From: Rotaria socialis
Lineage: Eukaryota
Assembly (NCBI GenBank): GCA_905331295.1
Contig: CAJNYD010000065.1
Coordinates: forward strand, 124,001 to 188,000
Direction of reading: 5' to 3'
Length of the DNA: 64,000 nucleotides
This document shows, piece after piece, positions 1-13,427 of the stretch; position 1 is the first letter of the stretch; each line of letters starts with the position of its first letter. The position numbers and the translations under genes were made by a program. The notes below the pieces were generated by a model, which saw nothing but the letters and a program-made list of their open reading frames with translations, made no database searches and was not told the origin of the DNA.

Positions 1-920
1 ATAGCTGAATCTCGTACTATTCGTCGCACTCAAATAGAGGATATCCGTCTGATACTCAATCGTTTTTTACAGCAATTTCCAATTCTTTATTCACCCAGAA
101 ATAATTCTCAATCTGTACATAGTATACATCATGTAGCTGCATCTGTTTTAGAATATGGCTCATTGAGCAATTATTCCACCTTTAACTTTGAAAATATTCT
201 AGGTACAGCTGATCATTAAATTATCCACTATTTTATTTTATATCTTACGATATCATTTTTTTTATTTACTCAGGTTTAATTACTTCCACCGTTCATTCTA
301 CTCGTCGACATGCGTGCGAAATTCACAACAACTTGAAACTACTTCGCTTGGCTTTAATTGAATTTGATCGTCCTTCATTTAACAACAATTTAAAACATTT
401 TATTAACAGCTGCCAGTCGACTAAACGTCCTGTTGTATCATTCTTAATGAATGAAAATCAAATGGTTCATTTTCGACAGGAAGACGTTAACAAAGCCACG
501 CTCAGCGAACTTCAACATCTACTTCGTCAACAGGATATTAAATTGTTTAAAATTTGCTATATTTTTACAAATCGTTTCACTATCATCCGATATCGCTCTT
601 CAGGTCAAAAGGATGATAGTTGTTTATTGTTCTTACTTGGTGGTCAACCATGTATTGGATTTATACAGAATATCATTCAAGTTCGTCGTGTTGAATTACT
701 TTTACGTATTTGCAAAGTAAGCGTAAAAGATCAATTGTGTCTTAATTTTAACAACACAAAATTATCTTGCCCGAACATCTTCTATGGAGATATCGATATG
801 CACAATAGCAACGTTTTCATAAAAGCTGAGGCCATCATCGAAAAGATTATATATGTGTACAATAAACAGTTGAAATGTTATGTATTTTCACGTATACCTA
901 ATCTTTGTGAATCCTCATGA
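1..920 (+). CDS. CACTA/EnSpm-type transposase, 3' part (5' end outside window); exons <1-202 and 274-920
   Basis: Frame +1 reads ...SVHSIHHVAASVLEYGSLSNYSTFNFENILG, the H-x2-H...G-x-L-x2-YSTF-x-FE motif of CACTA/EnSpm transposases; GT-AG intron 203-273 joins in frame to ORF 333..920. Confidence 0.75.
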
Positions 921-1925
921 ATACACTTTATCTATTTGCTTTATCTAATAAAATACAAAACATAATCAACCATCAGTTTCCACAAATTGAATATCTCCCG
1001 GTGTCATTCATTGTAAAAATAATGCTCATAATAATTTTTCTGCTAAGAAACATTATATTGCCATCGTTGTTTTTTATTTCAATGATTTTCATGCTATATT
1101 TTTATATTCTTAATAATTAACATTCGTTTTATTTGCATTACATTCTTCGATTTGTTTCTTAGCTTAAACATTTACGGATATAATTCATCGATAGCGATTG
1201 TTCCTGATCTTATTTATATGAAAACTAGGATAAAACAATCGAAATTCTTCAATATCTCTACAATAGTGATAGACAAATAAATGTATTTTTGGAGCAGAGA
1301 GTTGGCCAACTGTAGATCCAGAAAATTTAGCTATGTCAATGAGATCGACAATTGATTTAGACAGCTCTTCTAATTAGAAACTTTGATAAAATGAAACATA
1401 ATTTTTTACTTTCAAAAATATTGTTTCCCAGAAAAATTGAGAAAACAATACTATCAATTTAATTCAAGCGAATTTTTACCACATATGATAATTTAAGTTT
1501 TGATTTGAGAATAGATCCATCAGTTGATTTAATGAAATTACGATCATTAAAGAGAATTTCTGTCTTTTAGAGAGTAAATTGAAAAGCCTACATTCCTGAA
1601 TATTAAATGCATCTGGACGAAGTCATTGGTCAAAACGCATTCAACTGCATTTTTAACTGAAAAAGTTTCAAACGCGTTACTGTTTGAGATGCGTCTGAAA
1701 GAAATCATTTGTCAAAACGCGTCTAGATGCGTTTTTAACCAAAAAAGACTCATACGCGTTATTAATTTAGATGCATCTGGACGCGGTCACTAATTTAAAC
1801 GCATCGAGACGCATCCATGGAACGCATTTGGACGCGTTTCAACACTGACTTTGAACAAAAACGCATCTCAACGCGTCTATAAACGCGTTCACATGCATCT
1901 GGTCTGCGTTTCTGTTTCACATGGG
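1..1925 (+). mobile_element. Right part of a CACTA/EnSpm (CMC) DNA transposon
   Basis: Transposase followed by dense subterminal ACGCGT/ACGCAT/GATGCATCTGG repeats (~1605-1910), ending ...TTTCACATGGG at 1925 (CCC-type terminus on the minus strand). Confidence 0.65.
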
Positions 1926-2505
1926 TATTGTGCGGCACTGTTTATTTTGAGCGTCAAATATAAAACACGCTTGGGTCCACAGATTTGCATGACAGAATTT
2001 ATGTTTTAAGGTGTAAAACGCCAAATTTTTCGAGTCACAAAGGAAATAGATACTGAACATAACATTGTGGATAATCAGTACTGCGTAATCATCACAGTCT
2101 CGCGAGCTGCAGACACTGTATCCCTTCAACTTTCCCTTGGCTAGTAAGACATGGCAAATATCCGTAGCCACGTTGCTGGTTAACTTTTCGGTATGTTTTG
2201 AACACATTACATGAAACGGGTTAACCAAATTTCCAGGAGAGCCACGACGCGCTTTTGAAAACCGAAAATAAACTTTTCAGAACGGCAACTAAATCTTACA
2301 CCCTCAAACCAAAACAGCAGCAACAAAGACTTCGCGAGACAGTATAACTTCCCAGAGACATTTACAGCCGGTAGCTAACACAAACCAGGCCTCTCTATCA
2401 ATGTGTCAAAATGACAGCCCATCGCACGGACTATCCATGTCACTGCCACAAAAAACCGGAATAATATGGAAAACCATCCAAACATGCACCGCTCAATTCT
2501 CCCAA

Positions 2506-2593
2506 CCACGAAAGAACTATAACATCATGCCTCTTAGTGTGGGTGCCACGAAAGAACTTTAACATCACGACTCTTAGTGTGGGTGCCACAAAA
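2506..2593. repeat. 40-bp tandem repeat, ~2.2 copies
   Basis: CCACGAAAGAACT(A/T)TAACATCA..CTCTTAGTGTGGGTG at 2506-2545 and 2546-2585, plus a partial third copy. Confidence 0.9.
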
Positions 2594-3019
2594 GGTCTCC
2601 AATCTTATCATGATAATGACGCGTATTATCCGCTTTATTCGGGTTTGGGATCAATTCTGAATTCTGAGTTAAATGTTTTTCAGGGCTGACACTGGGTTAT
2701 TTTAACCTCGGAGAAACGGTATATTCCTTAGAGAAGAATGTCGAGATGATACGTCACATAGGTAGGTGTTGCGCGTGTTTCGAAGAGAGTCCCTTTGATA
2801 GAAGTCGTATTGATATATTTGTATTCTGCATTATTATGAACGTTTCCTTGCAGTTGTGCTAATTTAGTGGTATCTTGGATGCGGGCTGCCGTAGTGGTAT
2901 TTGGTCACTGGTAAACAGTTACACAGTTTTACACGCCATAGAGAGTTTTCTTCCAGACAACAGCACATTTTGGTGTTGCATGAATTCTACGTAGTCTTTG
3001 CAAACTTAGGTATGCTTAG

Positions 3020-3305
3020 ACTGGACCGTGTAGATCCTGGTAAATTTCAATAGTGAAATTTATTCATAAAATTATTTGTAGACGCAGGTACACCCAGGTA
3101 AATATAAAAGAATGAAAATAGTATATAAACATTATTGTATACCCCAGTAGATCCTGGTGGACTCTGGTAGACCTTGGTAGACCCTAGTAGACCCTGGTAA
3201 ATTTAAAATAATGAAAATAATATATAAGAATAATTGTAGACCGTAGTAGACTTTGGTAGACTCTTATACATCCTTTCCGACTCCTGTAAACTCTTATAGA
3301 TTCTT
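3020..3305. repeat. Compound repeat of ~10-bp GGTAGACCCT-like units alternating with AT-rich ~45-bp units
   Basis: Recurrent GTAGA(C/T)(C/T)(C/T)TG units separated by three GGTAAAT...GAAA(A/T)...TTGTA-type spacers. Confidence 0.75.
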
Positions 3306-4848
3306 AATGGCGTCTGTTACGCCTTGTGAACCTTTATGGCCTTGGGAAATGTCGGAGACACACAAGGAAACCGTTTGGTATCGCATAGTTGGTCATGCCT
3401 TGGTCAATGATTAATGATTGGAGTTGGTTCGTTAGCAACACATGATACTCTGTTCAAGTATGCATTTACTATAGTTTCATTGAGCTTGGTATGCTTTATA
3501 GATACAGAATTGAATTTGATGCTACGCTGTTGTATGTATACATTTTGAATTACTTTGTAATTCAGTTGCGTCATGAAGTCAATGTGCATGAGTCATTCGA
3601 ATTATAAGATAAATATTTAGGTTTTATTCACTGTAATTTTATATTTATTTAACGGAATAAAACTTTACTTGAATAAGTTCATTGTTTCAGTTTTTCTTTT
3701 CTGTCGACTTAATTAAACTCAATGATATATTACGAGGTATCGAAAACCAGTGAAGGATAGATACAGAGAGTTCATGTCTAGAACAATTAGCAGAGAAGAA
3801 AGCTTAAGCAAACCAGCAAAGTAATATTAGAGACGATGTGCCCATGATACACGAGGAGGACATCTCTTCTACGTGGAAAAGTGATGCAAAAACCATGACT
3901 TTCGATCTAGGATGGGATGAAATGAAGTAAAGCTAGCCATCATTCCTTCTGTCACACTCGACAGCAATTGAGATCCTCGTCGAGCACTTACTCTGATATC
4001 ATGATTTGAACCCTATGTTATTTTTCTAAATAATCTTTTCTAATATTATCTTTTTGGATCATTAGCAAGTACAGTAATGATCTTGAAAACTGTCATCTTC
4101 AGACAACTGTCGATATGATAAAGATAAAGCTAAAAGAACTAAAATACTCCATCATAGCTATAAATAGTGCAAATCTGTGAATGAGATAAAAGTTCTAAAA
4201 ATCTATATCATCTTCAGTTCGGTTTGCGAAAATGCCACTGTTTCTTGGTTAAGTTAATCTAAAAAGTATGATTTTAATATTTTTCAACAAAAAAGTAGTT
4301 GTTAGCAATCAAAAAGTTCGAATCAGATCCGCATTCGCATTATTGCTCTAGTTGAGATCACGTAATATTTGTCTAGTACATTTATACCGCCATCTTATCG
4401 TTTTTCTCATTGGTCAAAATACGAATTATACTGACAAATAGGAATTTTTCTTGCGCTTTTTTTCTTAGCGGCTTATTTTTTTCTAAATTCTACCTAACAT
4501 CATTATAGAGAGAGATAGGATTTGCTAAAGTGTTAATTCAATTCTTTCTTTTCACTAGATTTTAATGTACTTAGACTTACGTCAAAAGAATTCAAATGTA
4601 ATCATGTTAGAAGAGACAATAGATTCATTTTATAGTTGAAAAAGTTAATTGGTTTTTCCTCAATTACCGCTTTAATTTTTACCAAAACCATGACTGAGTA
4701 TGAANNNNNNNNNNNNNNNNNNNNNNNNNNNNNNNNNNNNNNNNNNNNNNNNNNNNNNNNNNNNNNNNNNNNNNNNNNNNNNNNNNNNNNNNNNNNNNNN
4801 NNNNTGTGAAACACGATAAAGCTCGTTTTCTGGAATCCGTCTACCACG

Positions 4849-5085
4849 CACTGTAAAAAAAATCCGTAGAATACTAAACCCAATAAGGGTTGATGAAAGT
4901 GCAACGTATAATAAACCCTTTTTACCTTTTTAAAAATTTTCATAAACCCTTGAAGGGTATTTTCCACATAATCATAAACCCTTCAAGGGTTTATGAAAAT
5001 TTTTAAAAACGGAAAAATGGTTTATTATACGTTGCACTTTCGTCAACCCTTAAGGGTTTAGTATTCTACGAATTTTTTTACAGTG
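4849..5085. mobile_element. CACTG...CAGTG foldback MITE (CMC-like, non-autonomous)
   Basis: Ends CACTGTAAAAAAAATCCGTAGAATACTAAACC and GGGTTTAGTATTCTACGAATTTTTTTACAGTG; ~110-bp near-perfect inverted arms; no coding capacity. Confidence 0.85.
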
Positions 5086-5783
5086 TGGGTAGCTCTCTCT
5101 GAACTATACCTGAGATTCACTATATTAGAATGGTTTTTATCTCGTTCTGTACAAAATTTGGTGCTCTTCCAGATGAAACTATTTACAACCAGATAAACAA
5201 ATCTTTTTGATCAAATAGGTACATCAGGATATTACGGAAATAGAGATCACAAAACTTTCTACTAAACGTTTCAATTTCGATAACAAAAAATTTGACGTAT
5301 AAATTATTACATCACAGTCTGCTTACTTCTTACTCTAAATCTAAAATGTCGATCGGCCAGGTTACCTTTTGTTATTCGAATTATGATCTGTAAAAAATTC
5401 ATCTAAAATAATTGTGTTTCATAGAAAAGATATTGAAATGAAAGAAATAATAAGTATTCGTTTAATAAAAGAAAACATATCTCATTAATTTAAAAATTAA
5501 TAAAATTTTATTTTCATTTGTAGTAAATAAAAGCAAAATAAATATTTTAATTTAAGATTTTCTCTCAAATGAAACATATTAAATTAATCAGAAAAACATA
5601 AAAGCGGTTATTTTAATTTTTTTTAAACAGTTAATTTACACAGATTTATTTCGTTCAATTAAAATAAACTTTAACACAATATAATTTGAATAGCAAACGA
5701 AAATTTGTTTCTTATGTGTATTGATTGTTAATAATCATAAATAATTTTTCACAAAATAAAATCCAAGTTGATATTATTTTCTT

Positions 5784-6443
5784 TTACATCGTTGAGATTC
5801 TCACCAGTAAATAAATACTAATTGTCAACGCTGTTAAAGAAAACAATCCAATTATGATTACAATTATAATAAATAATCCAGTTGGACATGCTCTGTCTCT
5901 TTTATTATCATCATTTGAATTTTTCCTGAAAATTTCATATAAGCCATTATCATAATTAGATGGATAACCATGGGCTGAATATGAATTTCTTGGAATAATA
6001 TCTCCACTATTATCTTTCAGTGGTTCATGATACATACGATTTCTATTTTAAAAAATGTTTATTTTTTTTTCTTTTTCCTTTAATTAATTATTTAACAAGT
6101 AAACAAACTTTGTTCGTCCATTTAATGAATTATCAATGCTATTTGAGACAATTGATTGATTCGACATAGGAATTTCTTGATGATTCATTTCATTATTCAT
6201 TATTTGTGCTCTTGTTGATAATGGTGGAAAATTCATTGAACGACTTTGTATTGTTGTTGGACTTACGTAACGACTCGGGGGATAATTATCAGCATATTGA
6301 TGTCCTTCGTCGATCATTGGAATTTTCTTTAAAAAAATAAGATGAGTCTTTTAATTTCTATTGATGAAAAATACCTTGGATGAATATTGATTTGGAAGAA
6401 TTCGTGGAACAACAGATGCATAAGGAGATACATACGGATCCAT
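5784..6443 (-). CDS. Hypothetical Pro/Ser/Tyr-rich protein with a C-terminal transmembrane helix (3 exons)
   Basis: Exon 1 6443-6375 (MDPYVSPYASVVPRILPNQYSSK) splices in frame through GT-AG introns to ORFs 6084..6317 and 5784..6035; hydrophobic LFIIIVIIIGLFSLTALTISIYLLV near the end. Confidence 0.75.
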
Positions 6444-7569
6444 TTTTTCTCTAGTTTAATTCGATAAAATGAAGAATAAAATTCACTAAAGAATATTGTT
6501 TTTTTCTTTTGTTCTTTACTTTTTCGTTGTTATTGCTGACTTTTCGAAAGAAATTCTATTTGTGAGATGAATCAAACTCAATGAAACCTTTCTCATATTC
6601 ATCAGAAGTCTATTTGGTTGGCTTTTAATTATAAATAATAATGTTTCACAATGAAAACAAAATTTCTGCAGTAAGATCCAAAGGAAAATCTGTCATGAAA
6701 AAGTTTTAAAAATTTCGTTTGATGATTTATCTAATTATATTTTTTTAAAGTCATTTACATTTTATTTATTTGATTAGATAATAATTTTAATTGCTCACTG
6801 TCAAAGATTTATCAAACGAAAAATAATTTAATCTTCAACTTAATTCTTCTATTGAAAACGAAAAAGAAAAAGAAATTGAGAAGAAACACTACAATTTCTG
6901 ATTAATTTTATTCTACACCCAAAATACCTCTTTGTGATTTTGCAGAGTCAATAACGGTAACACTTTTTTTCAGCAATATTTTCTCGACTTAAAGTTTTAC
7001 TAGTTTAAGAAGAATAATTTAATATATACAATAAACAATAAATAATAATATTTCTTATCGAATGATTTTTTGATCATTTTTTATTTCATACGACAAGTTA
7101 TTTCGTCTGATATATTTTTTCGTTTATTTTCTCTTTTCAGTCAATCATCAATAATATTATTAATAGATGACTGATCAATCATTCTGTTTTTTTCTTTTAT
7201 AACTGAAAATATCGATAAAAGATGAAACTTCGAAATAATAATTTTTACTCATCAGTTTATCTTCATTAAGTTTCTATCTAACTAAAACAAATTCATATAA
7301 ACATTAAATATATTAAGAAGATGTGTTTTTTGTATTCTTAATGTTAATGAATTTGATATGAACTATTCGTTTTAGATTAATAATGAAATATTAAATGTAT
7401 AGAAATCAATCGAATAAATTTATTTACTTCAATTTGTTCATCGATTAAGTCGAAGTTTATTTCAAGAAAAAAAATCTATTCATTTTGGCGAGAAAATATT
7501 TATTATTTAAAAAAAAGAAATGAAAGTTAATTGTGAAATAATTAATCGATTGAAATATTCCAAGGAAAA

Positions 7570-7986
7570 CTAAACAGAACGCATGAAAGAACCAAATTCC
7601 CCTTGATCAATTCTTCCATCACTATTGACATCAGCAAAATGAAACATAGCAGCTGCTGGATCATATTGATTACTTGTTCTTGCAACGTGTGGTGCACCAA
7701 TACCAACGTCTGGACCAACACCATATGTATGACCTTTGGTTGAATTTGCAGATTGAGTATATTTTTCATATTCAATAGGATTTTGTGTAAAACCAGCAAC
7801 AGCAACGTCGAGACCAATTTCATATGTTAATGTTTCAGTTGGACCAGCAGAGTCTGCAGACTTTTTTTTGGAGAAAAGATTTTAAAGATTTTACTTAAAA
7901 AAATATTAACTTACAGAAAAAGCTTCACCATTATGATTTGTATCGGCGTGATGAAAGCTTGATCGATGATTTCCTTCAGAACTCAT
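7570..7986 (-). CDS. Small EF-hand protein, 120 aa (exons 7986-7915, 7860-7570)
   Basis: Manual splice gives MSSEGNHRSSFHHADTNHNGEAFS/SADSAG...AAAMFHFADVNSDGRIDQGEFGSFMRSV*; canonical EF loop DVNSDGRIDQGE; this frame is absent from the ORF track. Confidence 0.8.
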
Positions 7987-10964
7987 GTTTAAGCTGCTTT
8001 TTTTAATAGTAACTACAATAATTAATCGAACGAATATAGCTATTTTTCACTAGCCTATATACTTGTTTTACTCAACGTTCATTCTTACTCAACCGTAAAA
8101 AATACTTTTGATATTTGTTTTTATTTTTTATATCATAAAAGAAAAGAAAATTTTCGAATATTCTCGACTCATTAATCAACATTCCTTTTCTCTTATATTT
8201 TTCTCGTCGTTATTCTAATTTTACATACGCAATTATAGATGATTATCAACATGATCATGTCAAAATATTTTTCTGTATCGATAAATATTAGAAAAACAAC
8301 AACAAATAAATGTTTATCAAGTACATGCATATTTTTTTCACAATCACTCTATGATTCGATGTTATTATTTACTTTAAATAATAACAAATAATATTTAAAT
8401 TCAATCTCTGAATTTTTCTCTTTCAGAAAATATTACTTATAATTTGATTCACAATCCAAAAAGGATCTCTTCATTGTTGTAGTTGTTGTTGTTCGATGCG
8501 AAGTAATATAAATCTAACTGAAAAATTTGATTCAAAACAACATTTCGTTTACAATACTATCAACTGAATTCAAATTTCTCAATGATTCTTTAGTAATAAT
8601 TGGATATAATATTAAAAAAAATTATCGAAAATATGACTTAATAAGCCTTGATAGAAAAAAAAAGAATATTTGTATTCATGGACATATTGAGAACAGTCAT
8701 TATGACCTTCTCAGATGCCGGTACAGAGCTACAGATCATGACGTGAATTTGGGTAGTTTAAGACACGCTTTTAATAAGGGATTACAACAGCATGAACAAT
8801 TTAAAATCAAATCTATTTCTTANGGGTAGTGTAAGACACGCTTTTAATAAGGGATTACAACAGCATGAACAATTTAAAATCAAATCTATTTCTTACCAGA
8901 TTGTAAGCTAGTAAATACTCTCGTACATGGCGAGATGGAAATATATTTTAAGGAAGAGAGAGTTTCTCATAATAAAAAGGACCACAGTTTCTTGTTTCTT
9001 TATTTCTATTTTTAACAACGGATGAAATTTGTAACTAGTAAATTATTTTAACTGTCTGTGATCGAAATTATCTAAAGTTTCAACTAATTGAAGAATTTGA
9101 TTGACATATGATTGTTCTTTTACTGATTGCATGAGAATTGCAAACATGGTTTTGAAATGTATCGCGCTTTTCCCTAACCTTGCATCCAGGATGTGTGGGA
9201 GACAAAGAAAGCATCTTTTTTCTTTTGACAAGGGCATCGTTTTGATTTTCAGTTATGGTAATTTCCCGGTCAAGCTTGTATCCAAGAGATTGTAGTGCAA
9301 GTTTCGTTCTCATTCAGCACGACGCTCATTGTGAGACTTAGTAAGAGATTTTTTCAATTGTCCTAAAAAAAGTCCGATGGATCATCTTCTTTTGAATTAA
9401 ATTCATCAGCGGATGTGTCATCGAATTCTGTTTCAACATCTAAATTTCTCTTTAGATTTGGTTTACTTGCCATTTTTTAGAATTCAGTACCTGTCGAGCT
9501 CTACAGACGGAGAGTTGACATTTTTCCAGGCAAGAAAATCCGAGAACGGTCATCATAACCAATATTACTGGTAAGAATATTTTCATCAAGAGGTAGCAAA
9601 ATCATTCGAACACATGACAATAGTATTCGAATCACTATTGGAAGTGAGCAATTAACGAATCATCTGAAAAATAAAACCTAGAAACGATAGATGGCAGGTT
9701 ATAAATAGGTAACAGTCATATGTAACACGAAGGACAGTAGTGGGTCCATGTGGACCTACCTTTCATTTTTTGTCTCTTGAGACTTTTATGTACAATACGA
9801 TATGGTCTATGGCTCTCACTAGCAGACTAGCGATTAGAAAATGAAATAATAGGAGAATGAAAATTATTTATTCATTTCTCTTAGTTGTGATTAATAGAAA
9901 TAGGATTTTTTTTCAAAAAAGAACTTATTGGAATAAAAAGTTTTGTAATGACAATTTGTAACTGTCTTATCTCATTCAAATGGTAATTAACTAAACGATA
10001 TATATTTCTTTCGTTTTATTTATCTTCCGCAAAGATAATATTAGAAACTGATATGTTTCCGAATCGGTTATAACGTTGACTATCAGCATGTGATAGAAAA
10101 AGACAATGACGATTTATTCAAGTGATCTTTCTTACTTCTACATCTGCTGTGCATCATTTCGTTGAGTAATAAAGTTAAAAAACTAAGCAAATACAATTGA
10201 ATTTAATCTTATCGTAGCCTCACATATTCTCATCTCCATAGAGAATATTTAGCACTAGAAGTATCGATAATGTGTGACGAAATGATCTTTCTTTAACATC
10301 ACACGACCTATTGTGCGGTTATGTAAGACTAGACGTAAAAGAGAATACATTTGTACGATTATCAGTTAGTAAAACTTAACATGAATATTTTCATTAGTAT
10401 AAGTTGAATAATTCTGAATGCAACTTCTCTACAAAGCATCAAGACTCATCGTGATATTCATTGAAATAGAAAGAAGAAAAATGAATCGATGAAGATTTTA
10501 TTATTTTAATAAATTTAAATATATATTAATTCTTTTTGATAAACATATAAATTTCATTTTACTTTCTTCTTTTTCATTGTGATTCTATTTAGAAAATAAT
10601 CATGTCATCGATGATTTAGCTTTTTTTTGTGAATACTTATAGTACTATACTCATATTGTATTCATCTTATTGGCGAAAAAAAAAAGAAAGAATAAGAGAT
10701 AATTCCAAGATGAAGGGTATTTCTTCTCCATACTGATAAAATAAAAGACTGAGCATTATCCGTTCTTAGATATATTCTTTTCCAAGAAAGAACAGAACAT
10801 ACGAATCTATGCACTTTTGCAGCTAGATGTAGATGCAGATGTACATTGACCTCTCTCTCTTCCTCTCGTCTATTTCTATTCGAGAGAAGAGAATATATTC
10901 TATGTTATAACAGAACACATTTTTTTTCTCATTGATAATATTTTTGTTTTAGTTTTAGATTAAA

Positions 10965-11500
10965 ATGAAGACAAATCGAATGAATATTTTATTATTAATT
11001 TTAATAAATTGTATTTTTCCATATGTATTGTCATTAGCTGAAGAAAAATTACAAGTAATGACAACAAAAAAAATTGAAAATTGTAATAGAAGATCAAAAG
11101 TGGGCGATACATTATATATGCAATATACAGTAAATTTTTTCTCACTTTTTATTTTTATGATTTATTTTTCAAATAAAATGCTTAAAGGGTATTTTGAAAT
11201 CTAATGGCCAAAAATTTGATTCATCATATGATCGCGGTCATCCATTTGTTTTTAAAATTGGTTTTCAACAAGCTATTAAAGGATGGGATCAAGGTTTACT
11301 CAAGTAAATACTTTATTTTTATTAGCAAATTCATTTTTTTCTCTTTTCTGTTTCCAAGTATATGTGAAGGTGAAGAACGTAAATTAATTATTCCTCCATC
11401 GTATGCCTATGGAGATGTTGGTGCTGGTGATGTTATTCCGCCTGGTGCAACTCTTCTTATGGATGTTTTATGTGAAAAAATTGAAAATGATTCGAGTTAA
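10965..11500 (+). CDS. FKBP2: Secretory-pathway FKBP-type peptidyl-prolyl isomerase, FKBP2-like (3 exons)
   Basis: Signal peptide, then [73 protein letters not shown]...IPPGATL; introns 11130-11187 and ~11304-11358. Confidence 0.85.
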
Positions 11501-11901
11501 TTATTTTAGTCATCTTTTTATCATCAGTTTTTAACAAGATTTCTTTTTCTTCCTTTGCTTCTTCCTTATTCATTCAACTATTTAATAAAATTCTTATAGT
11601 ATTTAAATATAATTATTAACTTATTCGTTATTACTTACGTTAGTTACAACTATCTAGTAACTGATGAATAGTTGTTATTTAATGTGATATTCAGCATTTG
11701 ACTAAAAGCTGATAAAGTATAATATATTATTTCTTTTGGATAAATAATTCTCTTATTTGAATGATTAGTTTTAATAAAATCATTTATTGATATAAAATCT
11801 ACGTGAATGACAGATTTATTTAAAAAATAACAGAAAAAATCAAACTATAAAAATAAAAGCAAAAAAATAGCGGAAGATTCATTCGCTATAAATCTTACTT
11901 G

Positions 11902-12927
11902 ATGATATTATTTTTATTTTTATTATTATTATTCAATATTCCAAAAGAAATTTTTGGAATATATTGTATTTATTCCGAAGATTCATTCGAATGGTCATTA
12001 GATGATTTTAATGATGATAAATTTCAAGAAAAAATAAATGATTTTCCAGTTTATGATTATAAAGATGATAATGTTGATATGTGTAAAGTTGAAATTTTTA
12101 TTGATTATAAATCTCGTTTACTTATTATTAGTTTTGGAGATTCGTTTGAATGGAAACAACTTGACCACGGAGAAGGACGTCTAGATCTTTTAATTATGTT
12201 TAATGAAAGTAATACAGACGCAGAAATTTATCATGTTTTAGAATATAGTTGTTATGATCGAAATAAATGTAATGAATTATTTGTTTTCAATCATATTCAT
12301 TGGCTTCGACAAGTTAATTATACTTCATTTCAAACAAATTTAAGATCAATACTTTTTAATAACTCGGATAAAACAGGTCTTTTTCTCTCTCTTTCGCTCT
12401 GTATATACATTTAGCTACTCTATTTAGAAAGTTGTTTTAACGATAAAGTTCATTTATTAAATTGTTCAAGTAATGTTTGTTCAGGAAAATATTCAACTTA
12501 TCATAAAAATTATTTATTTCAATGTCATCAAAATTCGAAAGCATCTATTGAAGTTCATATAATAACTAATATGATTGTTATTGAAGAAAATTATTCGAAT
12601 GATATTTATATTGGTGAATATAGAATTATCAGTTATACATGTAAATTTAATCAATGTAACAATCAATTATTAACTGATAAATTAATTGACATTGTTGAAA
12701 AAGAATATCAATTATTATCAATGAAAAATATACTTTTAGAATCTTATTCATTAAATAAAATTCAAACAACATATTCGAATATGTTCGATTTTACCTATAA
12801 AATGAAATCAACAACAGCAAAAAATAAATTTTCACCATCAAAAACATATTTTTTTCATAATAATGCAAAAACAAATTCTTATTTCTCTCATTTCATTCAT
12901 TTTATTGTTTTTATTTATTTTATTTAA
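11902..12927 (+). CDS. Secreted or membrane-anchored Cys-rich hypothetical protein (exons 11902-12376, 12428-12927)
   Basis: Hydrophobic N-terminus, two Cys-rich halves ending in C-x4/5-CN motifs (CYDRNKCN, CKFNQCN), hydrophobic GPI-like C-terminus; in-frame GT-AG intron 12377-12427. Confidence 0.7.
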
Positions 12928-13427
12928 TAATAATAAATATTTAAATATAATAGATCATTTTTTTTCTTTTATTAACAATAATGCTTATTTCTTAGAATTA
13001 ATATGAATATCATGTTCGATCATCATAAATTTTATGCTTGAAATATTTATTATGTTATATATGATCTATTATAGTTAATTAAAGTTTTATTTAAGAAAAT
13101 TTCTTAACGTATAGAATCTTCTTCTAGAAATGTGAACTACTAAAAGACAAATTTTATTTCATTGATTACGTTGTATTCTTCCATTCGATAAATTTGAATT
13201 AAAAATAAAACGACAAAGAATTATGTTAATCAAATTCATACATGATTAGTATTATTTTTTAAATTATCAATATTTGAAAGAGAAAAAAACGACCAATTGA
13301 ACTATTTGACGATAATTTAATTATTTTATCGTTTTATTTAATAATAAATTTATATAATATTACAAAAAAAACTGTAAAGTTTTAAACTTGATGATATTAA
13401 AATGGAAATACAATAAAAAAAGAAAAT

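Noticed and set aside
2506..3305. Repeat-spacer-like patterns as a possible CRISPR array
   Set aside because: Eukaryotic context, repeats are tandem or the spacers are similar to each other, and there are no cas genes
8751..8896. ~73-bp direct duplication separated by a single N
   Set aside because: Typical unmerged contig overlap at a scaffold join; not treated as biological
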